Assembly: GCA_030141605.1 (NCBI GenBank)
Contig: JAQGDQ010000178.1
Coordinates: forward strand, 1 to 64,000
Direction of reading: 5' to 3'
From: Tubiluchus corallicola
Lineage: Eukaryota; Animalia; Priapulida
Length of the DNA: 64,000 nt
The translations under genes and the position numbers were made by a program. The notes beneath the pieces are model-generated. The model did not search any database. It worked only from the letters and a program-made list of their open reading frames with translations, and had not been told where the DNA came from. Of this stretch, positions 13,001-25,964 are shown in pieces (positions within the stretch are counted from its first letter, which is position 1; each line of letters opens with the position of its first letter).

Positions 13001-16000
13001 ATGATTCTTAAGGTCATAGTTAACAGAAAGTGCTAAGCATAGTCTGAATTTGCTAGATTGGCTTGTTTTTCATATTGAGTTGAATTGATGGTTGTTTGTA
13101 GCCTAAGGTGTTCTTGCAGTGTTATAATTAGGAATTAATAGTGCTAGCGACTTGACTATGTTTCCACTGATTGTCACGGCCTTCGCTCAGTTTTCTTCAG
13201 CTGAGTGTACTGAGTGGCATTGTGATGGTCGTGGTGGAACTGGTGACTGTAAATTGTGTAAATTGTGGGATTGATGAAAATGAGAGTGAGTAGGCTTTGC
13301 TTGTTTTTCAGCACAAGTTGTCAGTCAGCAAATTATGTTTTTTTTCATAACTGTGCATTTTCGTGTAAAGCGTTTGATTATTTTTGCCTAATGTCAAATG
13401 TAATTTCTTCTAATATTTACGAGTTTCTGTCGTATTTTCTGTGTTGCTCGATGAGGGGTTATTGTTGCTTGGTAAATAAGCAAATCAGCGTGATCAGGAA
13501 TGACAGGTTCTTGTAGATTAGATAGGAGCCATTTTTGAATGGACGACAAATACGGTCTCATCTGGCTTGAAGTAAAATCTGAGGAATACTTTTTGTACAT
13601 TCATTGATTTCATGAAAATCATGGTAGCATATCTCGTTACATACTTGTTGTTATTTTAAATAGGGAATATCATCTTGTGTTTATTGTAGATTTAGATAGT
13701 CTACAGTAGAAACCACTACTATTTATTTTATGCAGTAACTGTTGTGTAATTCCATTTATATTGTGAGTCCTGAGTATTTTTGAGCTATTTTTGCAAAGTT
13801 TTTTAAAGAAAAATGTTATACTAGAAAGGTACATATTTCTTATCGTACGCTTTAGTTTTGCTCGTTGTAGACTGCTCGCTATAGTCTGCTCATTGTAGAC
13901 TCATCGAACATTCCATCAAATATTTGCACATTATAAGCCATTACAGTATATGTTGACATGAAATGCACAGCATTGTGTTTTATTTTAAGCCCCTTTTGGA
14001 ACATTATGATTGGTAATTAAGCACTAAACATTCCATTCTATGCTTGGCCACAGGCCTTCTCATTTGAAAGTGAACATCTACCAGTATCGCTTTTTTGTTT
14101 CATCTATAATTGCACATTTCTGTATGAAAGCAAACGTAGGACACTTGTAATGTTTGATGAAATATGCATCAGTCACAGCACGACGATATTAAATAAGAAC
14201 TTCCTTGTTGTGTTGCTAGACTATAGTAGATGAAAGCCTCAGGCTCGAGCATTTTACGGCGCATGTTGACTGGATAAGATCAAACTCTCGTTGAACTGTA
14301 TACAGTGTATAGTAAATACGTAGTCGCAGTCCAAGAGGGTCAGTTGCCGGTTATCGGAGCGTTCTGTACTAGAAACAAAACAAAAGGGCGGTCTGCGCAC
14401 ATTGAAAACTGATCAGCTCTCCGCTTCAGAAGTTGCCATATTAATAGAACATGTCGCAGTTGTTGACGTTTGTAAACTCAAAACTGCTATGACTGATAGA
14501 CTAACTCAGTAGTCACGTTGCTGCTGTACACTGTCGTTTATAAATAGAAGATAACGCTTAGGGTCATTTGCGAAACCAAATATGCACACCATTGAAGCAA
14601 GTTGGTCAGCAGTATTTGGCACCAAAACCCCATTGCCCCTTTGTCTTGTCTGTAGCGTTTGCACTTTCGCAAATAGTTATTATTCTGGTAGATAGTAGAA
14701 TCTGTTATAATCGTTATTATAGTTATTAATGTCAATTCTGCTCTGGCGTGTCCTAAAAACGCTAAGCTGGATCTCTTGCCGTTTTGCATTCAATCGTTTA
14801 GCAATGCAAACTCACAGGACAGGGCAAGGGCACTGGGTTTTAATAGTTTAACCGTTTCATACCCGTTGTATCCCATGGGATACGAGAATATTCTCTGCTT
14901 TTAAAATCAATAAAATTTTAAAACTGAGAGTTATTTGATTTGTTAATAGTTATTTTGTTTTAAGTCAATAACAATAGACTAAAAATAGTGATAAAATGGC
15001 AAACTAAAAAATCTACATACCACAAAAACTGTGCAAGGTACAATACTTTAGAGATGACTTTGTACAGATCAGCATAGCACACATACTAAATGTCTTAAAT
15101 ACTTTAAAAAAATATCAGCATTTGCTTTTTATCATGTTTATCATTTTATCACGTCATACATGTAGGACGTTGTTATCTCCGATTGTGATTCGTTTTAGCA
15201 GTGAAGTTAATGACTGCGAAAACAAATCTTTTTATTTCTTTATTAATTTAAAATATTTTTTGCTTTTTGTTGGCAAGATGAAATAGTTAGCTTGGTGGCA
15301 AGCCAATTAACTAAACCGTGCGTCAGTGTTGAACTAAAGTAATCAGATATAACGTATTGCTGTCTAGCGACTTACCTGAATAGATAACGATGTTGCTGCT
15401 GCAGATGCTGTTTTAGATTCTTCATAATTAGCAGATGATTGATGCAACAAGAGGATTGGGGAAACATGTAAACATAACCGCAGAGGATGTTCTGTGGTAA
15501 TACTAACTCTCATTAGATGCACAAAATTAATTTAAGACATTGACGAACTACCAGTAAGGAGCTATAAATTTACGCATAAGCCTTGCCCTCTTTCTTTTAT
15601 TCACTTTCCATGAGCCGTCATGCGTTGCTCGGAGATATTTTGGAAATACTGTACTGGATTTGCTCGCATTTTTTGTTGCTTCCTGTAAAAGGATGGGATG
15701 TATAAAAAAATTGGATGTATAAATAAATTTTGAAATGCGTAGCTTAGCTCTCCCAGGTGTTGGATGGATTTTCAAAGCATCCTGGACAAGTGAAAGTGAT
15801 GCATTGTGGAAAACTTTTTCTTGAGAGTGCAACGAAAGTGATAGATGGTGAAGAGGACGAAAGGAAAAGTGCAGATAGTGGCAATCTTAAATATTACTGG
15901 TGATGCTTACATAGCTCCATACTGATGAATATTTCATCGTTTCTGTCCAATGATGTGACAAAACATATCAGGTGGTACAACCAATGGAATAGTTTGAATG

Positions 16001-16043
16001 TAACCCGAAGTTGCATTGAGCTGGACTTCTTAGATGACGAACT

Positions 16044-16553
16044 ATGAATGAGAAAGGACATTACTGGAACATTGTCAAGAAGCAACTCGTCTTTGGCAAG
16101 TCACCAGTTAAAGACCAGAGGAGGGCCACTTGTCCGAGTGTAGCCATACCATTTTTCAATCATGAAATGGTCAGTAGTAACAGTCCAAAACCCTCTACTA
16201 CTATGTCGCCAACTGCAGTTAATGCAAGTAGCCCACTAACACCCCACAAAGAGGAAGACAGTGTTTTCATGAATGGAGTAGGAGAAGAAAATGTTTCTCC
16301 GACAACGTCAGAAGAAGCCAAGCAACCCACGCTACGGCGTCGGTCTTCACTCAGAAAGAACCTATGTGAACTTGGGAAATCAACCAGTGATGGTCAGTTT
16401 GCTCCCGAAGACGAGGAAGATGCAACAATTCAGAGGGGGCGCAGAAACACCACTGGCTCGGCGGTCTTGCAAAGGGAAATGCGGAGGCGTCAGGTGTCAT
16501 TTGAAGACGAAGTCCTGGAGGTATCAGAAGCTGATGATGAAGATGGTGACGAG
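16044..16553 (+). CDS. AHCYL1: Alternative first coding exon C of the AHCYL/IRBIT gene (170 codons, disordered, ends RRRQVSFEDEVLEVSEADDEDGDE)
   Basis: 174-aa ORF with protein-like composition and a GAG|gtagga phase-0 donor that joins exon 20958 in frame. RQVSFEDE resembles the vertebrate IRBIT PP1 site KQIQFADD. Confidence 0.75.
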
Positions 16554-19451
16554 GTAGGAGTCAGATAAAAAATTTTCAGAGGCATCAGCCTTCAGTGTAG
16601 AGTTTAGCGATTTTTTTTCTGGTATACACCCATAACTTGATCATTGACGATATTCCATTCTTGGCTTTAGCAGAGGTTCTACGAAATTTTGGAGATCATG
16701 TCCTGTACTTACATGATGGACTAACTGCTCTCTTTTGCATGCATTAACTCAGCTAACAAGCATGTTTCTGCTTTTGCTGTTTAATAATTACAGTTTTGTG
16801 CAACATATTCTATCCAACACCAAGTACCTTTCGTACCCGTCTCCTTGACGACGAGTTTCCGTGCACCTGTCTCCCTTCCACACCCAGCAGACTTCTTTTA
16901 AGTTTAATTGACATTAAGCTTGATTTTAATGAAATCACCCCATTCTATTCATCTGGTTCCTGTTGTTTTTGCTTCTTCATGAGCAAAAGAAACCCGAAAA
17001 TGCAGCTTGAATGAAAACGTAATTGTTATTGGTCAGATGAGTAACAGTGTCAGTATACATGTGACGACATTAGATGTTATTTCGAACATTCTGATAGGTG
17101 TAGTCACTGTATGAAGCTTGTTGCGCCATTTTATTGACAGCACAGAAAAAATGTTGCAGTCTTAATGTCTGTTTAAAATGTGCTGTGTGCACGCAATACA
17201 TGGGAGCCAGACTTTTTTAATAATCATTGCCTAAAGGCAAATCATCAGCAGTAAAGTCACATTAGCATGAATTCTTTCATCTCTACACAGCTTGAAGTAA
17301 ATTTTCGTGACCAGAAAAAGACATCAAATTTCACGTGCTCTTGGGATTCTGTAAAGCCTTACGATCTTTGATGTGAAGAGATTAAAGACGCGCCATTGAT
17401 TCTTGCCCTTCACGCGACCTCTAGACAATCACATGGACTCTGTAGGTAGTTCAAAGACTGTTGGGAGGACAGTCCCTAATAACTGGCTTACAATCGTGTC
17501 TTTTTTGTAAAATAAGTGTTAAATCAGAGCCTAAAGGATTGTTGCAATGATTTGCCTTCTGCTGCTTCCTCAAAAAACTTACTTTTGCTTTTTATTTTTA
17601 TTAATTACTAGCAATCTATGGTGACCTCTGGCATCTATAGATATCTTTTTATGATTTAATTTACGGTTTTGCGTCTGTTTGTCTTTCTATGCAGAAATAT
17701 AATTTGCATAAATTTGAGGTTTTTCGTTTTCTTGTAAGCTAAGCTCCACTGTCTGATTTTTTGCCGCCGATCTTTGTTATTTACAAAATTACAATCAGAA
17801 GTTACTTGTGAAAAGAAAATCTTTAAGTTATTAAATAATTAAACAGGGGTAGCACATAGTAGCAAAATAGTAGTTTAAAAACTCTTTTGTTTTGAATAAT
17901 TTTAGTAGTCTGTCTTTATCAAGACTGTGTCTGTAAGCAGTAGATTCCAGTTTAGATGTAAAAGAAACAAACGCACACATTCTTGTCGTAACGCCTAGTT
18001 AATTTTTTAATTGACCAAGCTGCAAGATTCCTTTCCTTATGAAAGTTCGGTTGATAAAAATTATTGACTTTAACACAAGATTGTACACTTTATCTCTTTC
18101 TGCATGTATATAGTTTTCAAAGGCCAGTGACTTTCGAAGGGACTGAGTGAAGTATTTTCAGTGAACTCGCTTGCTTACATTCATTTACATACGAAAATTA
18201 GTGAAAACTTTTTCTAGTGTGTTGGCAAGATAGAAAAATATATAATTATCATTTTTGATGATAATTTAGCGTGTTTGGGTGATTTATTGTATACGTTTAA
18301 GTAAACTTCCTGCAGTAAGGAATAAAGAATTATAAGATTCGTTTGTACTGAACTTTACGTTACCGTTTTGAGAACCTTTGGTCAGACTGCACGTAACTTT
18401 CAAGTACACACTGACCTAGTTCGGTTAAAATAGCATCTCCTTTTCGTAACGGACAAAATCATATCCGCTTTCTGTAAGTCTATTCATTGGTTTTTTATGT
18501 TATATATTTTTTGCTTTGCAGTTTTGCTCGTGCGTAAATAAATGAGCTGCTAGATGCAACTTGACTGATGTTTTAATAGTTTTCACAGATAGTTTTCACA
18601 GACAGTGATACTATCATGTTATTTTTGTGCTTTACTAAAAATTGAGGGGCATTCGAAACGGCTTTCCACTTGTTTACTTGCCGCGGCTTGGTGGGAAACC
18701 AAGTGGTAAAGTAATTATGTCAAATTGTTAATGTTCCTGTGCTACTTATTCGTTATGCTTTTTGCCAAGTGGGGGCGTTTCTCTCAAGTGTACACCTGCA
18801 GCTGTTGCTAATCGGACAAAACTTTCTGTTCTTGGTAAATCCCTACGTGACTGTAAAAACCACGTGAAGCCAGTGTGATTCACACACGTTAAACGTTTTC
18901 AGTTATATTGCCTTCCCTGAGTAATGGCTTCATTCACTAGTTTCCTGTGACGTGAAGGTTTACTCATTCACTGAATCAGTCATTGTGGTTGAACAAACGG
19001 CAGGCAAACTATCACTGGATACTTCCTGATGTCCTAGATGCACGAGCATGGCACATTAGACCCCTACCACCTAGTCCTCCGAGTTATCCCAGGATTGGAA
19101 TTGCGCTTCACTTAAACGTTGGTCAACGTGGAATTAAAATTCATTATCGGTTCACTGATTGATGTATCTTGACTGCCTGTTTTTTGTCATCCAACATTGA
19201 GAGACAGCGAAACTGATTGGAAAAGAATTACTTGTGGAAGTTCGCCAACCGGTCATATTGGTGAAGTTTTTTGTGGCCATCTTGTACTGTTGCGGACATC
19301 AAAGAAGCTCACTGTCAGCCTTGTGATACATGCTGTTGGTTGTAGACTTAGTAAACTTTGCAGCAGTGATTAGTGGTTATTCTTGGAGGCAACGATACCA
19401 AAGTATTCCGCTACACAATAATTGTCCAGTGTTGCAGCTCTTCTTCACCCG

Positions 19452-19811
19452 ATGTTTCGCTGCGGTGACGTCTTCACGTTACTGAACCTTTGGCAAAACT
19501 GTGGGAGTCTTTCAAAACCAGCCATTGTGGACATTCCTGTAGACATTCCTCCGAAGTCAATTTTGGTGAACGGTACGCATAACGCACATTTGAAGATGGT
19601 CCGCCGTTGTGATTCCAGAAATGAGACGTTGAATTTGGAAGAGCTGGAGAAATGTTGTATGGAATTGAACAGTGAGAGTGGAAAGGTGCTTTCCCGCGTG
19701 AACTGGTATCAGTCATTGCCTTCTCTGTGTAAAAGTGAACATTTGAGCTCTAGCACAGAATGTCAGCGAGAACAACAAGAACAAGAACAACAACAACGAC
19801 AACGAGAACAG
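19452..19811 (+). CDS. AHCYL1: Alternative first coding exon D (120 codons from the ATG, MFRCGDVF...RVNWYQS...EQQQRQREQ)
   Basis: Open frame with a Q/E-rich tail ending at a CAG|gtagaa phase-0 donor, 1.1 kb upstream of exon 20958. Confidence 0.6.
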
Positions 19812-20957
19812 GTAGAAACATTAGTTAGCGGGATATGATCAACAATCTGCATATCTTTAAAAGAAAAAGCAAAGCATATGTTTCCCTTTTTACATATATT
19901 ACATTGCATTCAGTAAGTAATACAGTAGATAATAAAAAACTAAAATCACTTGGCATAATGCCAGTGCACACTTAGTATGCAAGAACGTGGATGATGGTAA
20001 AGACTAAGTTGAATGTTTACCATTCCAGTCAAAACATTTTTTTTGCAAAAACTGGTTGTAAGAAACAGGTAGTTAATAATTATCAAATTATTGTGGTCAT
20101 AGGTTATGACGACAATAAACAAGTCTGCTTCTGCTCAGCTGTAATTAATTTTCACAACCTTTCATTTCCCTATACTTCTGGTTTGAGTAAAGATGGAGTG
20201 AAGTTCCAAAGCTGCTTTTCTGTATCATTTTTTAAATCGGAGAATGTATCTTCCACCCTCCTAAAAATGATAGACTACTCGATACGTCTTATAGCTTTGA
20301 TGGTTTTTTGGCGAGACCATATGTTGTCACTGTATTAAATCTTGACAGAAATCATTTGTTTTTTCCTTAATTTCCGTTAGTCGTTTAGTGAATGCTGCTT
20401 GCTGTAGCTAGAATAGTAGCGTTAGTCATCAGTAATTGAATCTTCTAGAAGTGATGTTACTCCACAGGAACCGACCTAATTTAATAATGGTCTTATAAGC
20501 GCTCCTGGGAGCCTTACTCAATTGATGTTGGCAATACAAATGGCACATTGGCTGCGTGTTGTTTATTGACAAAATTCATTTTATTTGCTTTAGACATGCG
20601 TAGGGTCAATCTGCTTAGGCAAAGTGTTGTATCTAGTTTGTTTAATACTGCTTAATTACTAGTTTTGTAATACATGTAGTAAAATTGCTAGGCTTATTAA
20701 GAGTATCTCATATGTTGTTTGATGCTAGTGAAAGATACAGAAAAGTACTACTGGTGTATTAATCTTGTACTGTGTAACTTAATCAGAGATTGATTGATGT
20801 GATGATGATGAAGATTGTGGTAGTGGTAGTGGTGATTGTTATGGTGGTGAAGATGATGATTGCAATGTTATTTCATGTTGAAAGTGTAATTCCATATTAT
20901 TATTATGAGCTAGGGCTCTGTATTGCCAGATTTCTAATGGACTGGTTTGCTTTTCAG

Positions 20958-21042
20958 GACTCGAAGGCTGGTCCTAAGCGTACGCCAAAGATTCGGACTC
21001 GATCTTTCTCTCAATCGTCCAACGACAGTTACAGTTCTACGG
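20958..21042 (+). CDS. AHCYL1: AHCYL/IRBIT exon: first half of the IRBIT Ser-rich motif (DSKAGPKRTPKIRTRSFSQSSNDSYSST)
   Basis: ttttcag| acceptor and G|gtaagt donor (phase 0 to 1). Matches vertebrate IRBIT RSISQSSTDSYSS. Confidence 0.9.
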
Positions 21043-24000
21043 GTAAGTTTACAAGAAAATTTTCTTCTGGTAGTTTTATATGCTCATTGTTTTTCAGCAG
21101 TACTTACTTCAAAACTTCTTTCTACTGGTGAAGGTTATTGGATTCCCTGTGTTATGGATTTGTTCATCATTTATTTTCCAATCCAATGTTTCAACTCAAG
21201 GTGCTCTTTGTTTTGATGGAGAACTTGAAACGTCTGGAATAGCACTATGGGCGGAAACTAGCTGAAATATTTTTCAGGGAATCAGTGTGCAGCAAAGAAA
21301 CGGGAGCATTGTGTAACTATTTGAAAAAACTGTGACTTTTTGAAGATCAAGAAAGAAAATTGTGAAAAACACTGGACTTATGGCTTGCAGTTACGGAAGA
21401 CTGCTTTCTGGATAGCTTTTCATGTTCTGTGGCAGTATCGGACAGTGTATGGTAAACAAGTGTTATTGAGCATGCTTGTATATTTATTTATGAAGCGACA
21501 TCAAGGCAGCAGATTCTACATTTTTGCTTTAAATATTCACTTCTGATTACTTTTAAATTAGCTAAATTGAATTTTTGTTGAACCTTGTTTTTGTTCATAA
21601 TTAACAGATGTCAGCACTCGACGAGAGTCTATTTGTCATTGGGTAGTTGGTTTTGAACGATTGCACACATCAGCGATAGATGGCAGCACAATGTAGATTA
21701 TGCTTGGACACTAATGTATTTTCTTTGCTGCAACTGTTACAGGCTGCAGTTTCATTAATTTTTATAGTTACGGAGTAAAATATTATTCTCAGTCATTAAA
21801 AGTTTATCTATCCCCTGAATTAGAAGGCCATTCTGCAAAGAATGTTGCTCGTGCTGTGACTTATGACACAATTTACCAATTTCATGTTTAGCGCTGCATA
21901 ATAAGTATTCAATTTTGTTGGAGTTTAATTGCGTTCATGTAAAATAATGACTTTAGCTTGTCTGAAAAAAGTGCTTTGCTTAGAGTAGTGGTTTGGTTCT
22001 GACTTCCAACAAAATCGTAAATCGCAAAATTCGTAACAGTATACTGTGCCAACGAAAAGCAGATGCAATTTTTGTTCGTAAAATGTTCGCTATGATAGCA
22101 AATATTTAGATGATATTAGGACCAACTTTCTACGTAATTGTTATGCTATACACTGAGCAATTGAAAATGTGTTTTTCTAATTGAAGTTAGCATACCAAGA
22201 AGCAAAATTGGTGATAATTTTGGCTTTAGGAAATCCTGTACAAAATTAAAAACAGCTAATCGCTAGATCTAGCAGGGACATGTTCGATGAGTACTGGGTA
22301 TGCAAAAGTGTTAGTATTTCTAAATGATTAGCTCCATTGGTTAATAATCAAGCGGTAAATTAAGTGATACTAAGCAAGTATTAAAAGCAACAGTTAAATT
22401 CTTGATTAATTTACTAATTAACGCCCACCTGAATCAGCGTTCCGTTTCCTTAGAACTTCCTGTGAAATTTTAAATGCGTTGTGCTACATTTCTTTTTCGT
22501 AATACAGACACATCCCCGAGTGACCTTAGTAATCTCCGTTTGCGCTCACTGGTTTCGCTGGCTTCATTTCTGAGAGCTGCAGCTTTTTCTGCTTATTATA
22601 TTTGAGGTACTTTTTAGCTTCTGACGACCTTTCGCAACAGCCAAGGTCATACTGAAGATTATCGGCAGGGCGAGTGTGTCGATTAAGCCGTCTGGAAAAT
22701 GTTCATGGTTGTTGCGTTGATAAGGCGTTATCAGTTATGCGTGGCTGTAAAGGCTCAAATTGTTCAACATTTGGAATTCTTAGAGGCTTCCGGTTGGCTC
22801 TGACGGCGAACAAAAATTACGAAATGGCCTTTTATTTTCACACGACTTTGACTAAATCTTTCTGGTTAAAGCATAGCGAGTGCACTGAGCCGTGGCACCT
22901 TTGGAAAATCAAATGTTGACAAATTGTATTAACTTAAGGTGAATGCACATGTAATCAGGGTTTATTAGCCCCGGATTGTCCGGAATTTTTCGACACAGTC
23001 AGTGAAAACTGTTCGTGCGCTACCGTATTAAATGTATTAAATCGTAAATCCACATTCCGTACAGACGAATAGGGTCGTTCGTATGTGATTCGCATGTTCT
23101 ATATATTCGGTTGCGACTTATTCTGCATGTGTGTTTAGATGTCTGTATTGAAAAGGCTTGTAAGCGAACGATAAACTGAGATCGGAAGTGCCTTAGCTTT
23201 GAAGGACAGAATTGTGAGGGCACCAAAATGAGTAAGAAGATGAGTAACTGAGTGAAAAGTAGATCTTTCATTTTCTTTGCGGGCATGTTAACGCTTTTTA
23301 ATTTGCATTGGGTTGCACAGCGTTACAGCATCATTTGCAGTTTCATCATTTTGTGAGGAGGGTTTTGCAAGCTCGGTTATTTTAGTTGTCTGTGCGTACA
23401 TACGTGGTTGCCTCTCATCTACACTGCTAAGACGATATATCACACCTGCAGTTCTATAATGGGCGAGTAACTTAAATGGTACCACCCGAAAGCGCAAGGA
23501 TCTGGCTTCATGTCCTGGTTGGCCTACGATTTTTCCGTTCCTGATTGGCATAAAATTTTTCGGCACCTCATTCAATAACTTTTCGTCGGGTTCATTTGTT
23601 GTAAGAGTCAATTGTTTAGATTATAATTGTTAATGCGTGTGGTCGCGGCAATTAGTGTTCGTGCTGTGCACTTCAGAAATTTGTCTCTGGCGTCGTGAAT
23701 ACAATAACGACGTTACGCGAGAAATTCATCTAGCTCGAGTACTGGTTTTTGAAACAAAGCATTATAATGGTTGAAAAAATCTCTCTCCTGCAAAAAAACC
23801 AGAATGATATTAAGCATCACAGCGTAATCCCTTTGGAAAATATCAACTTATGTGACGTGACTAGCAAGCAGAGATTATGCCTGAAAGCTTCAGTAAACTA
23901 ATTAAATAATCGATTTTTAGTGCCGCCTTCCGTATAATAAGATGTTGAGCAATTTAATTATCTTGCTTTCCTGCTGTTGTATGTGCAATAGCTTTAGGCA

Positions 24001-24526
24001 AAATTCCAATACTCCTATCAACTCGTTTTCAAGGTATTAGCTAATTCCATTATCTTGCTTGCTATAACATATATTTTGCAAATCGTTAAATGGTATTTTT
24101 GGTAGTTATTTAGGGCGGAGCCTGTTGTTAAAAGTTACACAGTTTTCGTTCAAAATTTGCAACCTTTGCAACCCTTTGCCTTCTTTCACTTTATTAATAT
24201 GTTTTTTTAAGTATCTAGTGCCTGATTCATTAGATCAGGAGATACGTGTATTGAAAAACTACATCATGTTGTATTCATACATTCAGGTCTAGCATTTTTA
24301 TATCAAGTGTCTGACGAAGTAATTATCACGCGTCTCAGTTTTTTTGGTAGAATTCATTGGAAGTTCATTGGACGATGCTTTCTCAATTGGCAGCAATTGT
24401 ATAGGATTTAACAGATAATACAAATTGAGAAATCAACACTTATACGATGGTGCTGTGTTTATCCAGTTCACCAAAGGGAGTTAAGCCATAGGTCTGTTTT
24501 ATATCTGGAAAACTGTCATGTCCTAT

Positions 24527-24841
24527 TTCTCACCTTTCTCACCAATCCGCCTGGTAGATATATTATCTGTCAGCTGGTGAACATCTGAGAAATTGTCTCC
24601 ACCCTTGTCTGTCATCGTATCTGCTGTTTCTTCCCACTTCCTCTCTAGATGTTCCTCTTCTGAGAAGAGCTCTATCTTCTCCCCCTATCCATCTTTTCCT
24701 CCGACAGGACTGGGGGCCATTTCGTCTTGGTTCGCCATGAGTTTCTTGAGCATAAGAGGTATTTTACGCCAGTGGGTTGCCCTCCCCATTTACCCGGGCT
24801 TGGGACCGGCACTGAGTTCAGCTGGATTGCTGCCCAAGTGG
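24527..24841 (-). mobile_element. 315-bp non-autonomous RTE-like retroelement with a twister-like 5' head
   Basis: Perfect 14-bp TSD ctgtcatgtcctat (24513-24526 and 24842-24855), tandem 3' tail GGTGAGAAA-GGTGAGAA, and residual ORF end ...DDRQGWRQF typical of RTE C-termini. Confidence 0.8.
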
Positions 24842-24844
24842 CTG
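24773..24844 (-). ncRNA. Twister-ribozyme-like motif (type P1), missing its first few nucleotides
   Basis: Minus strand reads CAGC CACUUGGGCAGCAAUCCAGCUGAACUCAGUG CCGG UCCCAAGC CCGG GUAAA UGGG GAGGG, matching the twister core CCGGUCCCAAGCCCGGRUAAA-N4-GAGGG. Confidence 0.75.
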
Positions 24845-25929
24845 TCATGTCCTATAACAAAGTGAAAGCAAATACAATAATGTGAAGCCTGGTGGAATTT
24901 TTGCTGCGACTTAAATGGATGACTGTAATGTCTAACTTAGTCAAATACAGATGCATCATTTGAACCGGATAAATACATTAATATTGGCTGCCGAATCCGA
25001 GATTTGTTTGAACACATCCTGTGTGAGGTCAGTTCGAGGTAGAAGTGCAGATTGGAACTTACGTGACTTCTGACTAAGGAATTTCTTAATAGGATTCATT
25101 TTCGTGACTGGGAGATGTCCGTGATAGAGGACACTCAAGTGTGATAAAAGGAAAATTAATTCTTCTTAATTTTTAATTGCAGTGACCCCGTAACAGGTGT
25201 TGGGTTACCGTATTAGTTTCTAAAACCAACACTAGAGGGGGCGTTTTTGTGACTCGTCTACGTTACTTTTATTAGGACTTGAAGTTGAAAACCCTTCATA
25301 TAGCACATAGTTCTTCAACCTTCACTCAACACGACCCCATTCGTAATGTAGTACAAAATAAAATTCATGACACTTTAACTTCTGATTGGCACTGAACTGA
25401 TAGTATTGCGTGTATTAATTACTGTTAATATAGTTAACTGTTTGAAAAATGTGGATGAAATTAGCTGTGATTTCCTATCGACAGAGCATGTTTCATGTAA
25501 AGTTCTTGACTATCTTAACTTGTAGTGGCACGCCAAGCGTTCCCCAAAGCCAGTTTCTTGAGAACCAACATACCATGCTGGCCTGGGAGAAAAACATTTG
25601 ATTTCGATTAACTTAAATCAAAAATTGTTTTAGTTTTTAGAATTTTGGCTCTTATAAATTGTTTTAACTCTGTTTCACGCCTATAATGTTACATTAAATT
25701 TTGGTCACTACTGTTGCTGCTATTGACGATCGAAACACATACTTATTGCATATATCCTAGTTTTTTCTTGCTTCAGTTTTTTTGCTACCCTGTGGTTTGA
25801 CTCGCTATTTTCTAGTAAATCCTTGCCATGAAAAGTCACTGTAACACACACAAGTGCACGGCTCAGTTGCTAAATCATTAAACGGCGTACAGATCGATCA
25901 ATTGTCTGTTAATTGGACGTTCCGTGTTC

Positions 25930-25964
25930 GGCGGGGCGGAAGCGGAAGCCAGGCGGCGGAAGCC
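25930..25964. promoter_or_regulatory. GC box plus three CGGAAG ETS/GABP-type sites
   Basis: gcggggcggaagcggaagccaggcggcggaagcc, an isolated GC-rich patch. Confidence 0.4.

Noticed and set aside
20790-21131. 113-aa ORF with a hydrophobic N-terminus resembling a membrane protein
   Set aside because: Only 20958-21042 is exonic; the hydrophobic part is a (GAT/GGT)n-like intronic repeat.
23030-23100. Minus-strand fragments resembling a C2H2 zinc finger (ERPY, FVCTECG)
   Set aside because: The pieces lie in different frames and lack the His pair, so this is likely chance.
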